A DNA stretch of 50,588 nt from an uncultured Methanomassiliicoccales archaeon (GCA_938004075.1 CALKWP010000127.1:1-50588), one strand, 5' to 3'; positions 22,501 through 30,049 are shown, counted from the stretch's first letter. Translations and numbers: made by a program. Notes: generated from the letters alone by a model not told the origin.

Positions 22501-25500
22501 TCACAATCACGGCAACGGCCAATGACGGGCTTTCAGGCCTGGCAAGCGTGGAGCTATGGTTCAGATTCTCCGCCGACAATGCGACCTGGGGCGCCTGGGC
22601 TCTCTTCGGAACGGACAATGCATCGCCCTGGTCCTGGTCATTCAACTTCCCGGGAGGAGCCGGGCACTTCCAGTTCTACGCCAGGGCAAGGGATGTGGCC
22701 GGAAACTACGAGGCCGCACCGGGAGTCGCGGATGAGCTGGCAGGCTATGACAATCAATTGCCTGCAAGTATTGCATTGGCAATCACGCCCTACTGGCACA
22801 CGGTTTCCCCCTTGACAGTTGATGCCAATGCGGCTGATACGCTTTCAGGTCTTGCGGCGGTTGAACTTTGGTACAGCTTCTCCGCAGACAACGCAACATG
22901 GAGCGCCTGGACCCTCTTCGGAACCGACAATGCGGCGCCCTGGTCCTGGTCATTCGGATTCCCGAGCGGGGACGGTTACTATCTCTTCTATTCACGAGCC
23001 CTGGACGTGGCAGGCAATTACGAAGCCGCCCCGGCAGTAAGGGACGCACTTTGCGGCTATGACACTGTATTCCCGGAGATTGATGCGACTTCCCCGATGG
23101 ACGGAGAGACGGATATGCCATTCAGCCAGGACATAGTAATCACCTTCAGCGAACCGATGGACACGGGAACGGTCACTTACACTGTCACCCCCAACCCGGG
23201 CAACCTGGTGACTGTCTGGACTGCGAACAACACGGTCCTTACCATCAGCCATGATGCATTCGTCGGCAGCCAGACTTATTTCGTTCATGTGACCGCCGGG
23301 CAGGACCTGGCAGGAAATGCCTTGATTGCGGGGAACACCTCCAATCCCTGGTCCTTCACCACCATGGCGGTAATAGTCGTGGATTACATCCAGATAGAGA
23401 CACTGGCAAACGGCGGGACGCTTGTTGGCGACCACACCATGACCATCGACCAGACATTCACTGTCTGGGCCATAGGATACAGCACCATTGGTGGAAGGAT
23501 AGGGCCGGTGAGCGCTGTATGGAGCACAACTGGAACCTTGGACGCAGGCGCAACAACAGCGCAGAGCTTCACTTTCAGCCCTGCAAGCGCCGTCACGTAC
23601 GGAACAATCCGCGCGGCTTATGGTCTCCTCAGGGCCAATACCGGCCTGATAACCGTGAACCCTGGAACGCCCACATCATTCGTGCTCTCGCCGCTGGCAA
23701 TGACGATAACCGCTGACCAGACAATGCAGTTCGCCACGGACGGCAGGGATGCCATGGGCAACCCGACCGGACCTGTCGGTGTCACATGGTCAATAACTCA
23801 CTCAACGCTGACAGCCAGCGCGGCCAACGGCACCATCAGCGCCGGCGGCATGTTCACCCCGGGCCTTGTAGCGATATGGACAGTAACCGCTGAGAATGCA
23901 ACCCTTGGCTCCGTTACCACCACAATCACTGTGACGGTCGGCGCGCTCGCAGGCATAAAAGTCGACCCGCCTTACGCAGAGGTCGACGCCGGAGTGAGCA
24001 TTGCATTCACAGTATCGGGGCATGACGCAAAGGGCAACCTGCTGTCAAGCACCGGGACCACTGTCTGGTACCTGGACGGCAGCCTGCAGGCTTCCGGATC
24101 GATATCATCCAGCACGGCGGGCAACCACACTGTCTTTGCCAGCAACTCCGGATTCATCGGAATTGCCCATCTCAACGTTAACGCCGCCCCGGGCAGCAGA
24201 ATCATCATAGACCAGACCGGCGTTTCAATCAACGCGGATGCAACTTACACTTTCACCGTGACCATAATGGATGCGTACGGCAACACCGTTGGCGGAGCCG
24301 CTCCAACCATAACCTGGATTGCTGAGAACGGAACTATAATCAACGGATTGTTCACGCCCTGGTCGGCGGGAACATGGACTATCCGGGCCAATTCGGCAGG
24401 TTACACAGGAGGCGCCGCGCAGATAACGGTCACATCCGGCAGCGTAAGCAGGATAGTCATCAGCCCATCCGGCGGAACCGGGACAAGGGACACTTCCATC
24501 ACAGTGGGGCAGTCATCGCTTTTCACCGTGAACGCGCTCGATCAGCGGGACAACCTGGTGTCTGTACCCAGCCTTTACCTCACATGGGCCACGACTATCG
24601 GAACCGTTTCCAATGGCTTCTTCACTGCGCCTACCACACCTGGAACTGGCGTGCTGAGAGTAACTTACGCATACGGCGCCACAACCATCTCTGGCTCGGA
24701 GAACATCACGGTTGGCAACGGCCCGCTGCACCACATAATAATCTCCCCGGCATCGGCAGTTGGATTGAACGAATACCAGACCTTCACGGCAGCCGGGTAC
24801 GACATATACGGCAATCCAATCTCAGGGCTGGGCTTCACCTGGGGAACCACTGGAAATGTAGGTACCATCGACACGAGCGGTGTCTTCCGGGGCACGGGCA
24901 AAGGCCTTGGAACAGTCACTGCAACGGTCGGTGGAATTCAGGGCGAGTTGCCGGTGTATGTTTCAACCCCCGAGGGAATATTCGCAAGCTGGTTGTGGCT
25001 GGCCATAGTGCTGTTCATTGTCTGCATCGTCCTTGTGATTCTGCTGATCATCGGCAGAAGGAAGGAAGTTATTGTGATGGGGGAACATGAGCCTGATGAT
25101 TCCGGCGAAGAGCCTTCCGAAGAGATGCCTGAGGATATTGAAAAGATAGTGGACGAAGGATCACTATCCGATATCGATGATGAAACCACTGGAATCACTC
25201 ACGATGAAGTCCCGGAGGAATTCAAAGAACCGCTTGCGGAATTGGAGGAAGAGCTCCTTGAAGATGATGCCTTCAAATTCAGCGAAGAGGAAATCGAAAC
25301 CCGTCAGCCAGAAGAAATGGATGCCATCACAGAAGAGCCGGAAATCATGGTTGACCATGAGGATTCTGGAGAAGGTCCCGGAATCATATCAAGTGAACTC
25401 AAGGGAGAGCTTGCCGAGGCCCTCAGGATCGAGAGATGCGAGAAGATGCTGGCAGCGGTTGTTGTCCTTCCCGATGACAAGAGCAGGCTGAAGATGCTTA

Positions 25501-25739
25501 TTGCCGGAGGTCTCACTCCAAGCGAGTTCTCCGACGAGGTGAGCAAGGCAGTTGACCGGCGCAAGAAGAAGGAGAAGAGCAGGGAAGTGACCGCCGAAGA
25601 GAAAGCCTCCATACTGGAAGACGAATTGGTGGCTGAGCTCGCAGAACTCGAGGACGATTTCGATAAGAAGGACAAACCTGATGAGGATGACCTGGAGGAC
25701 CAGATACTGAAGGAGATTGAGGACCTGGAGGATCTGTAA
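16551..25739 (+). CDS. Giant (3062 aa) type-I membrane-anchored surface protein: supermodule, 13 tandem 104-aa repeats, Big-like domains, TM helix, acidic cytoplasmic tail
   Basis: An AGGAGAGG SD sits 5 nt upstream of the ATG. N-terminal hydrophobic segment IIAYGIVICMITTVLPFPALL. One copy of the supermodule found in 7563..13817. Thirteen repeats (PTSSVxAIxPYWQT...VELWYRxSADNxTWGxW...GNGYYEFYxRAxDxAGNYE). Ig-like (Big_2-like) repeats lie at about 23.3-24.9 kb. The TM segment is WLWLAIVLFIVCIVLVILLIIGRRK, followed by a D/E-rich tail of about 230 aa. Confidence 0.85.
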   Translation: MKANENKCARNIIAYGIVICMITTVLPFPALLGEEVGDGLLADNYAVAGWSTVGVGSVLDSPEDGTSALGAGVRSWVLDRSNEIATESQITGQDPPPGGIFQTTDFVDDGTGTIGRSWVDHGFLIDCAGFPTQFRKTAPFEELIIEIGKETANGGYTASCDLVINNDHQIGDLPTNGGFVPLHKIGGMYGTGVSGVDYFDAARTSATVTTLAWPAHPDEWGNVYGYRVFRNSTSEPWHAIANLTGGSGTTGYTDSTCQADAAYNYQISILYRGMQGGLQNAATAVESLYRSYAVASLSLLSVTPTPADGAVGQPVATAYSLEFSRAMNTAVGNVTINPAPAAAGAWAWESDIWYNYTGAAWNELTRYYLNLTDFKDLSGNGITGDANFNFTTGDFTAPTSNVTGPATANTLTFNVTYIYNDPSGVTSVELYYTTNGGLLWTLAKTSSTPNGTFSYVTVPADGLYGWYTLATDASANSEPAPGIGTVEFVTLVDTVLPLIGSTTADKLFINNRGTHGGTAPPVSVTTNVTDETMLAMAAWGIRNENANPNGTIYFQVDISNDTMPSTQQWDGMWYFVDGVLVTAGMCPDWFVTEIFVMGELNGASAGNQPLGYVLPSHYILYDMTGIYQGIYATLGTPQFYDDLLVVPLGGDTFRPYRYDEGVGYVATASFQTYTPPFDWLNLTIAPIPDGRYTVAVTAFDTAQNVYWTNEAQGNPVINVDTVAPNITATVPTDMATAVALNQDIVITFSETMDNATVTYTVTPNPGNLVGVWSAGNTVLTITHDDFAELTLYTAEVTVGKDPTGNNLAAGIAPNPWTFTTGDFTQPTSSVNAIAPYWQTVTPLAITGTAGDALSTVATVELWYRYAADNITWDVWTLFGTDAAAPWEWDFSFPGGNGYYEFYSRATDTAGNYEDAPLAADTLSAYDSASPTSAVNAISPYWLAAQPLTITATATDLTDGVTAVELWYRFAADNATWGAWANFGTLNAAPWSWNFTFPDGDGYYELYTRASDAADNYESAPADADAICGYDTVNPTSSIDAISPYWQTSSPINLSAQGSDSLSGLAYLDAWYRFAPDNATWTAWIFIGSDPTAPYGGDFNFPNGNGYYEFYSRATDLAGNNEDIPATAGALCAFDSDLPMSNVDAITPYWHTTMPLTATATVTEALSGITYVEFWYSHSADNITFGAYGLFGTDNAAPWSWDFDFPSGNGYYRFHSRAADLAGNYEDAPATADAICAYDTVNPTSSVDPIAPYWQNASPLILTATATDITDGIAQVELWYRFASDNSTWGAWSLFGTDNASPWSWPFTSPDGDGYYEFYTRATDGAGNYEDAAISADAACGYDSIMPISSADAISPYWQTASPLNGTATASDSLSGMESLELWFRFSVDNATWGAWTYYGTDDAAPWYANFFFPNGNGYYEFYTIAIDNAGNSEVAPAMADAICGFDSALPISSIDAIAPYWQTVSSLNITATASALSGVDTVELWYRFAVDNSTWGAWTLFGTDNAAPWSWEFTFPDGNGYYEFYSRATDTATNYEDAPATADEICAYDTIAPSSEMNEVLGYWIWIGPLWMTATANDTLSGLADVELWYRFSADNATWGAWTLGTAHVALWNWDFAFPEGNGYYEFYTRATDIAGNYEDAPISADAICGYDTVDPTSSTETIAPYWQTSSPLTINATANDGLSGLASVELWYRHSADNMTWGAWTLFGTDNAAPWSWGFDFPDGNGYYEFYTRATDDATNYEDAPASADVVCAFSSSAPISSVDAIAPYWQTASPLAVTATASALSGVDTVELWYRFSANNGTWGAWTLFGTDDAAPWSWIFNFPNGNGYYQFYTRARDTATNYEAAPASADRACAFDNAAPTSTASAITPYWRTASPVTVTATASDITDGVATVELWYRYSTDNATWGAWTLFGTDNAAPWSWNFGFPGGNGYYEFYSRAYDAAGNYENAPGARDSLCAFDSAAPASTVDSIIPYWQTSSPLTITATANDGLSGLASVELWFRFSADNATWGAWALFGTDNASPWSWSFNFPGGAGHFQFYARARDVAGNYEAAPGVADELAGYDNQLPASIALAITPYWHTVSPLTVDANAADTLSGLAAVELWYSFSADNATWSAWTLFGTDNAAPWSWSFGFPSGDGYYLFYSRALDVAGNYEAAPAVRDALCGYDTVFPEIDATSPMDGETDMPFSQDIVITFSEPMDTGTVTYTVTPNPGNLVTVWTANNTVLTISHDAFVGSQTYFVHVTAGQDLAGNALIAGNTSNPWSFTTMAVIVVDYIQIETLANGGTLVGDHTMTIDQTFTVWAIGYSTIGGRIGPVSAVWSTTGTLDAGATTAQSFTFSPASAVTYGTIRAAYGLLRANTGLITVNPGTPTSFVLSPLAMTITADQTMQFATDGRDAMGNPTGPVGVTWSITHSTLTASAANGTISAGGMFTPGLVAIWTVTAENATLGSVTTTITVTVGALAGIKVDPPYAEVDAGVSIAFTVSGHDAKGNLLSSTGTTVWYLDGSLQASGSISSSTAGNHTVFASNSGFIGIAHLNVNAAPGSRIIIDQTGVSINADATYTFTVTIMDAYGNTVGGAAPTITWIAENGTIINGLFTPWSAGTWTIRANSAGYTGGAAQITVTSGSVSRIVISPSGGTGTRDTSITVGQSSLFTVNALDQRDNLVSVPSLYLTWATTIGTVSNGFFTAPTTPGTGVLRVTYAYGATTISGSENITVGNGPLHHIIISPASAVGLNEYQTFTAAGYDIYGNPISGLGFTWGTTGNVGTIDTSGVFRGTGKGLGTVTATVGGIQGELPVYVSTPEGIFASWLWLAIVLFIVCIVLVILLIIGRRKEVIVMGEHEPDDSGEEPSEEMPEDIEKIVDEGSLSDIDDETTGITHDEVPEEFKEPLAELEEELLEDDAFKFSEEEIETRQPEEMDAITEEPEIMVDHEDSGEGPGIISSELKGELAEALRIERCEKMLAAVVVLPDDKSRLKMLIAGGLTPSEFSDEVSKAVDRRKKKEKSREVTAEEKASILEDELVAELAELEDDFDKKDKPDEDDLEDQILKEIEDLEDL
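19020..23060 (+). repeat. 13 tandem in-frame repeats of 309-312 bp inside the 3062-aa gene
   Basis: The conserved TACTGG (YW) landmark recurs at 19056, 19368, 19680, 19992, 20304, 20616, 20928, 21237, 21546, 21858, 22167, 22479 and 22791. The spacing is 312 or 309 bp. Confidence 0.9.
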
Positions 25740-26060
25740 CCCCGCAATCTCATCGCCTCTGATGATTAGGGGCCAACGCAGTGGGAGCATGCGCTTACAT
25801 ATTGACTACCCAGGGCGAACGCCTCTTTTATCCAATAATTGATACGGCGTTCAGCTATTGCTTGGACATCGTTATAAACCGTTTCATCCCTTCTCATCTC
25901 CAGAGGATTGTTCCGGGTGGGTATGCTTCGCTGCTGGTTGTTGGGAACCTCGCCCGATTCTTGCCGGAGAGGATGCCAGGCATTATAATCCGAGACTCTG
26001 GACCATGTTCTCTGCTTATCAAAAAACGTATATACGCTGATGCAATGCTCTCATGATAAC

Positions 26061-26951
26061 ATGGAAGAAGTGCTGAAGAAGGTCGTGCTGCTCGGTGATT
26101 CCGCTGTAGGAAAGACAAGCCTGATGAACAGATTTGTCCAGAACGCTTTCAGCGACAGCTACATCAGCACTGTTGGCGCCAAAGTCTCCAAGAAGATTGT
26201 TAACATCAAGCTCGGAGCTGATGAATACGCGGTCTCTTTCATGCTGTGGGACATTATCGGGAGCGAGGGCTACAAGTCCACCCAGTCAAGGCATATCGCC
26301 GGGCTCAACGGCGCTATTGTCGTGGCAGACCTTTCCCGCCCGGAAACGGTCAGGAAGCTCGAGGAATACTGGATCCCGCTTCTTTCCGAGACGACGGCCG
26401 GGATGATGCCGCCCATACTTTTCGTCGGGAACAAACTGGACCTGGTAGATGCTGATGCCGCATCCAGGATGGTAAGTGACTTCAAGTCAATGGATGCCAG
26501 ATTGCGCTCCGAGCAGACAATCAACAGGTACAAGGTTCTGGACCCCTATGTCGCCACAAGCGCCAAGACCGGCGTGGGCGTCGAGGAAGGCTTCCGCAGC
26601 CTTGCGGTGATGATGGTCATGGACCATGCGAACTATGACCCGCTGAACAGGCAGATGGAGGAGGTCATCGCCGATACGATATACGAGCTTGACGAGCGAA
26701 AAACCGCGAAATCCGTTCTTGACATGATAATCGCGGATTTCCCGTTCGTTGTCAAATCTTCTGAGGCGTCACGCATGATACTGCAGGACTGCTTCGGCAA
26801 ATCATCCATGTCAAAGGACAGGCCCACGCCCAAAGGCATCAGGGAAATGATAGAATGCCTGCTTCGAAATGCAAGGGACAAGGGCGCATCCGATGAGACC
26901 ATTGCCCAGTACCGGGACAAGTGGCTTGAGAAGCTCAAGCGTTTCGGATAG
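26061..26951 (+). CDS. Ras/Rab-like small GTPase with a C-terminal extension of about 120 aa
   Basis: G1 GDSAVGKTS, G2 YISTVG, G3 WDIIGSE (DxxG, with Ser where Ras/Rab have the catalytic Gln), G4 NKLD, G5 SAKTG. A TATA-like AAACGTATATAC at 26024-26035 favours the near-leaderless ATG at 26061 over the ORF-track ATG at 26040. Confidence 0.8.
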   Translation: MEEVLKKVVLLGDSAVGKTSLMNRFVQNAFSDSYISTVGAKVSKKIVNIKLGADEYAVSFMLWDIIGSEGYKSTQSRHIAGLNGAIVVADLSRPETVRKLEEYWIPLLSETTAGMMPPILFVGNKLDLVDADAASRMVSDFKSMDARLRSEQTINRYKVLDPYVATSAKTGVGVEEGFRSLAVMMVMDHANYDPLNRQMEEVIADTIYELDERKTAKSVLDMIIADFPFVVKSSEASRMILQDCFGKSSMSKDRPTPKGIREMIECLLRNARDKGASDETIAQYRDKWLEKLKRFG

Positions 26952-26972
26952 ACACCCAGAGGTAAGACAATA

Positions 26973-29816
26973 ATGAAACAGACAGTGAAGGCCCCCGATA
27001 TTCCGGGCCAGAGCGAATTCTCCAATATGTCGGTTGAGGATGCCCTAAAGGCACTTGGAACATCTAGGAACGGATTGACCGCAGTCGAGACAGAGAAGCG
27101 CCTCGGGATGTATGGGAAGAACGAGCTCACCGTGAAACTCAGGATGCCTGCCTGGCTGATGTTCCTGAAGCAGTTCAAAGAGGTCCTTGTACTTGTTCTG
27201 ATTGCTGCGGGTCTCATTTCCTTCTTCGTGGGAAGCTACAGGGACGGCATCGTGATGTTCATAATCGTCATCATCAACGCCATAATAGGATTCGTCCAGC
27301 AATACAAGGCAGAGAAGATAATCGACCGGCTTAAAAGTTTGATCAAATCACCAGCCAAGATTGTCCAGGACGGGGAGCTCAGCGAGATCGACCAATCTTT
27401 GCTGGTCCCGGGCCAGATTGTATTCATCCAGGAGGGGGACAAGATCCCCGCCGACCTGCGGATAATCGAATCCTTCAATCTCAAGACAAACGATTTCTCC
27501 CTCACCGGAGAGTCCATGCCCCAGGGCAAGAACCCGAACGCGATACCCGGCAGGAACTCACTGGGAGACATGGACAATATGGCCTTCCTGGGAACAAATG
27601 TTGCGACCGGGAACGGAAAAGGCATTGTCGTCGCAACCGGAATGAACACTGAGATCGGCAAGATTGCGAACATGACCCAGCAGACCGAGGAGGCCCTCTC
27701 TCCGCTCCAGAAGGAGCTGGGGCACCTGGCCAATCGCCTCACAGCCCTGGTTTTAGCCGTCAGCATTGTCTTGTTTATTGTGGGCTATCTGCAGGGATTC
27801 AGCCTGTATCTCAGCCTGATATACGCCCTGGGTGTCGCCATGGCGCTGGTGCCCCAGGCGCTCCCCTCCCAGGTCACAGTGGCGCTCACCACTGCCAGCG
27901 CCAGGCTGGCTGACAGGAAAGCGGTCGTGAAGAATCTTCCCTCCGTCGAGACGCTGGGCTCCACACAGGTCATCTGCACGGACAAGACCGGAACGCTGAC
28001 GAAGAACGAGATGACGGTGCGCGAGGTCTGGTTCGACAGCCGGAACTACACCGCGACCGGGATTGGCTACGAGCCGAAAGGCACCTTGCTCGATGAGGCC
28101 GGGAACCCTCTGGAACAGGATGAGATCGACTACATCGAGATAATGATGGACGCTTCCACAATGGCCTCCACCGCGGAGATACACCCGCCGGACAAGGAGC
28201 ATCCCAACTGGTATCCTGTCGGTGACCCAACCGAGGCCGCCCTGATAACGCTTTCCACGAAACTGGGCACCCGTTCCCCCAACGAGGACCAGGAGAACCC
28301 CGAGTTGCATCAGATACCATTCGATTCAGAGAGGAAGCGCATGAGCTCCGTCCGAGGATTCGGCGACAAAGAGGTTCTGACCATGAAAGGCGCCTTGAAA
28401 AGCGTCCTGGACATTTCCACGCACATCTACAAGGACGGGGCACCGGTGCCTATATCCGAACGCGACAAATCCGAGATAAAAGCGGTGAGCGAGGGTTACC
28501 AGAAGAAGGCCATGAGGGTTCTGGCAATCGCCTACAGGCCATTGAGCGCTGACGGTTGCGAATATACCCCGGAACAACTGGAATGCGATGTTACTTTTCT
28601 TGGGATAGTTGGCATGAGCGATCCCCCCAAGGAAGGGGTGAAGGAAGCCATCGAGGAGGCTCACCGTGCCCACATCCGTGTTTTCATAATGACTGGCGAC
28701 CATGCCATCACCGCGCAAGCTGTGGCCATGGAGATTGGCCTCTCAAAGGACGGGGAACCCACGCCGGTAATTTCCAAGAAGGACCTTGACGAGATGAACG
28801 ATGAGACCCTCACGAAACGGTTGATTGAAGAGGAAGCGCTGATATTCTCCAGGGTGGACCCCGGCGACAAGCTTCGAATCGTCAGATTGCTGGAAGAGCA
28901 GGACCTTGTTGTGGCTGTCACCGGCGATGGCGTGAACGATGCGCCTGCGCTCAAGCTGGCGCACATAGGTGTCGCCATGGGCCAGACCGGGACAGATGTT
29001 GCCAAGGAGGCAGCCGAGGTCATACTTCTCGATGACAGCTTCCCGACCCTGGTCAATGCCGTGGAAGAGGGCAGGACCATCTATGCTAACCTGAAGAAGA
29101 CTATCGTCGCGACACTGATGGCGAACGGCGCTGAGCTGACAGTTGTCTTGTTGGGCCTTGCGGCCGTGGCCGCATGGAACTGGGCCATCCCCATACTCGC
29201 GATTCAGATTCTGGCGATAGACCTGATGGCGGAGATAATGCCACTCACCTTCCTGACATTCGACCCCGCATCCAAGGAGATAATGACCACCCGACCGCGC
29301 AGGGGCGACGAGCACATGCTCAACGCGAGCAATACCGCCGAGATTGTGTTCTTCAGCTTCCTCAAAGGATTACTGGCATTCGTGAATTTTTACCTGTTCA
29401 TGCACAGGAACGGCAACATCATCACCATTGACGAGATGGATATTGATACATTGCTCTATGCAAAGGCGACCACAATAACCTGGGCGACAATAGCGTTCTG
29501 CCAGCTGGCGAACGTGATGTCGCAGAGATATGAATTCACATCCATATTCAACCGTAACTTCTTCTCGAACCGGAAGCTGCTGGTAGTGATTGCTCTGACA
29601 ATCGGCCTTATACTCACAGCCATATATCTGCCGGCCTTCAGCTACTTCCTTTACTTCGGCCCGCTCAACCTTGAGGACTGGCTCTACATCGGCGGAGCGA
29701 CAGGGATCTTCCTGGTGGCTTTTGAGATCATGAAAGCCGGCAAGAGGTATCGCCAGAGAAGAGCCGGAAATGAGGCACTCGACTTACCACAAACAATAAA
29801 TGCCCAGCACCCATAA
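26973..29816 (+). CDS. P-type (P2-like) cation-transporting ATPase
   Basis: 947 aa with a GAGGT SD. Cation_ATPase_N-like start (VEDALKALGTSRNGLTAVETEKRLGMYGKNEL). TGES actuator motif (SLTGESMPQ). Phosphorylation site ICTDKTGTLT. MTGDHAITA. Hinge VTGDGVNDAPALK. About 10 TM segments. Confidence 0.9.
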   Translation: MKQTVKAPDIPGQSEFSNMSVEDALKALGTSRNGLTAVETEKRLGMYGKNELTVKLRMPAWLMFLKQFKEVLVLVLIAAGLISFFVGSYRDGIVMFIIVIINAIIGFVQQYKAEKIIDRLKSLIKSPAKIVQDGELSEIDQSLLVPGQIVFIQEGDKIPADLRIIESFNLKTNDFSLTGESMPQGKNPNAIPGRNSLGDMDNMAFLGTNVATGNGKGIVVATGMNTEIGKIANMTQQTEEALSPLQKELGHLANRLTALVLAVSIVLFIVGYLQGFSLYLSLIYALGVAMALVPQALPSQVTVALTTASARLADRKAVVKNLPSVETLGSTQVICTDKTGTLTKNEMTVREVWFDSRNYTATGIGYEPKGTLLDEAGNPLEQDEIDYIEIMMDASTMASTAEIHPPDKEHPNWYPVGDPTEAALITLSTKLGTRSPNEDQENPELHQIPFDSERKRMSSVRGFGDKEVLTMKGALKSVLDISTHIYKDGAPVPISERDKSEIKAVSEGYQKKAMRVLAIAYRPLSADGCEYTPEQLECDVTFLGIVGMSDPPKEGVKEAIEEAHRAHIRVFIMTGDHAITAQAVAMEIGLSKDGEPTPVISKKDLDEMNDETLTKRLIEEEALIFSRVDPGDKLRIVRLLEEQDLVVAVTGDGVNDAPALKLAHIGVAMGQTGTDVAKEAAEVILLDDSFPTLVNAVEEGRTIYANLKKTIVATLMANGAELTVVLLGLAAVAAWNWAIPILAIQILAIDLMAEIMPLTFLTFDPASKEIMTTRPRRGDEHMLNASNTAEIVFFSFLKGLLAFVNFYLFMHRNGNIITIDEMDIDTLLYAKATTITWATIAFCQLANVMSQRYEFTSIFNRNFFSNRKLLVVIALTIGLILTAIYLPAFSYFLYFGPLNLEDWLYIGGATGIFLVAFEIMKAGKRYRQRRAGNEALDLPQTINAQHP

Positions 29817-29826
29817 AGGGGGCCAA

Positions 29827-30036
29827 GGGCTCATAGGGTAGCTAGGATATCCTGCCGGTCTTCGGAACCGGCGACCGGGGTTCGAACCGAGGCTTGAAGT
29901 GAATTTCACAATCTCCAAGCTAAACGAAAGCCGAGGCGCGGACGACTCGCGAAGCGATTCGCCCAGCGCCCACGTCGAACGTGTTCGACGTGATAGAACC
30001 AAATTCGTTGCTTCGACGAAAATCCCCGTGAGCCCG
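29827..30036 (+). tRNA. tRNA-Arg(TCG): tRNA-Arg(TCG) interrupted by a 136-nt intron in the T-loop (about position 59/60)
   Basis: The 5' exon 29827-29886 contains:
- acceptor GGGCTCA
- D-arm with G18G19
- anticodon stem CCGGT/ACCGG (29855-59 / 29867-71)
- loop CTTCGGA, anticodon TCG at 29862-64
- T-stem CGGGG followed by TTCGAA

The 3' exon 30023-30036 is T + CCCCG + TGAGCCC + G. It completes the T-loop as TTCGAAT, the T-stem and the acceptor perfectly. A T-run follows at 30040-30044. The spliced length is 74 nt. Confidence 0.8.
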
Positions 30037-30049
30037 CTATTTTTCCTAT

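Noticed and set aside
19020-23060. Regular 312-bp periodicity considered as a possible CRISPR or other non-coding array.
   Set aside because: The period is far longer than a CRISPR repeat-spacer unit, the units are in frame within one ORF, and conservation is at the protein level. There are no short direct repeats with unique spacers anywhere in the window.
25164-25790. ORFs antisense or out of frame over the acidic tail (25177..25491 +, 25304..25753 -, 25389..25790 -).
   Set aside because: They are low-complexity S/K/R-rich mirror translations of the GAA/GAG-rich tail region.
25781-26056. ORF 25781..26056 (+, 91 aa) and 25894..26118 (-) in the 320-nt gap before the GTPase gene.
   Set aside because: There are no recognisable motifs or start context, and the + ORF runs through the TATA box of the GTPase gene. 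The gap is treated as intergenic and regulatory.
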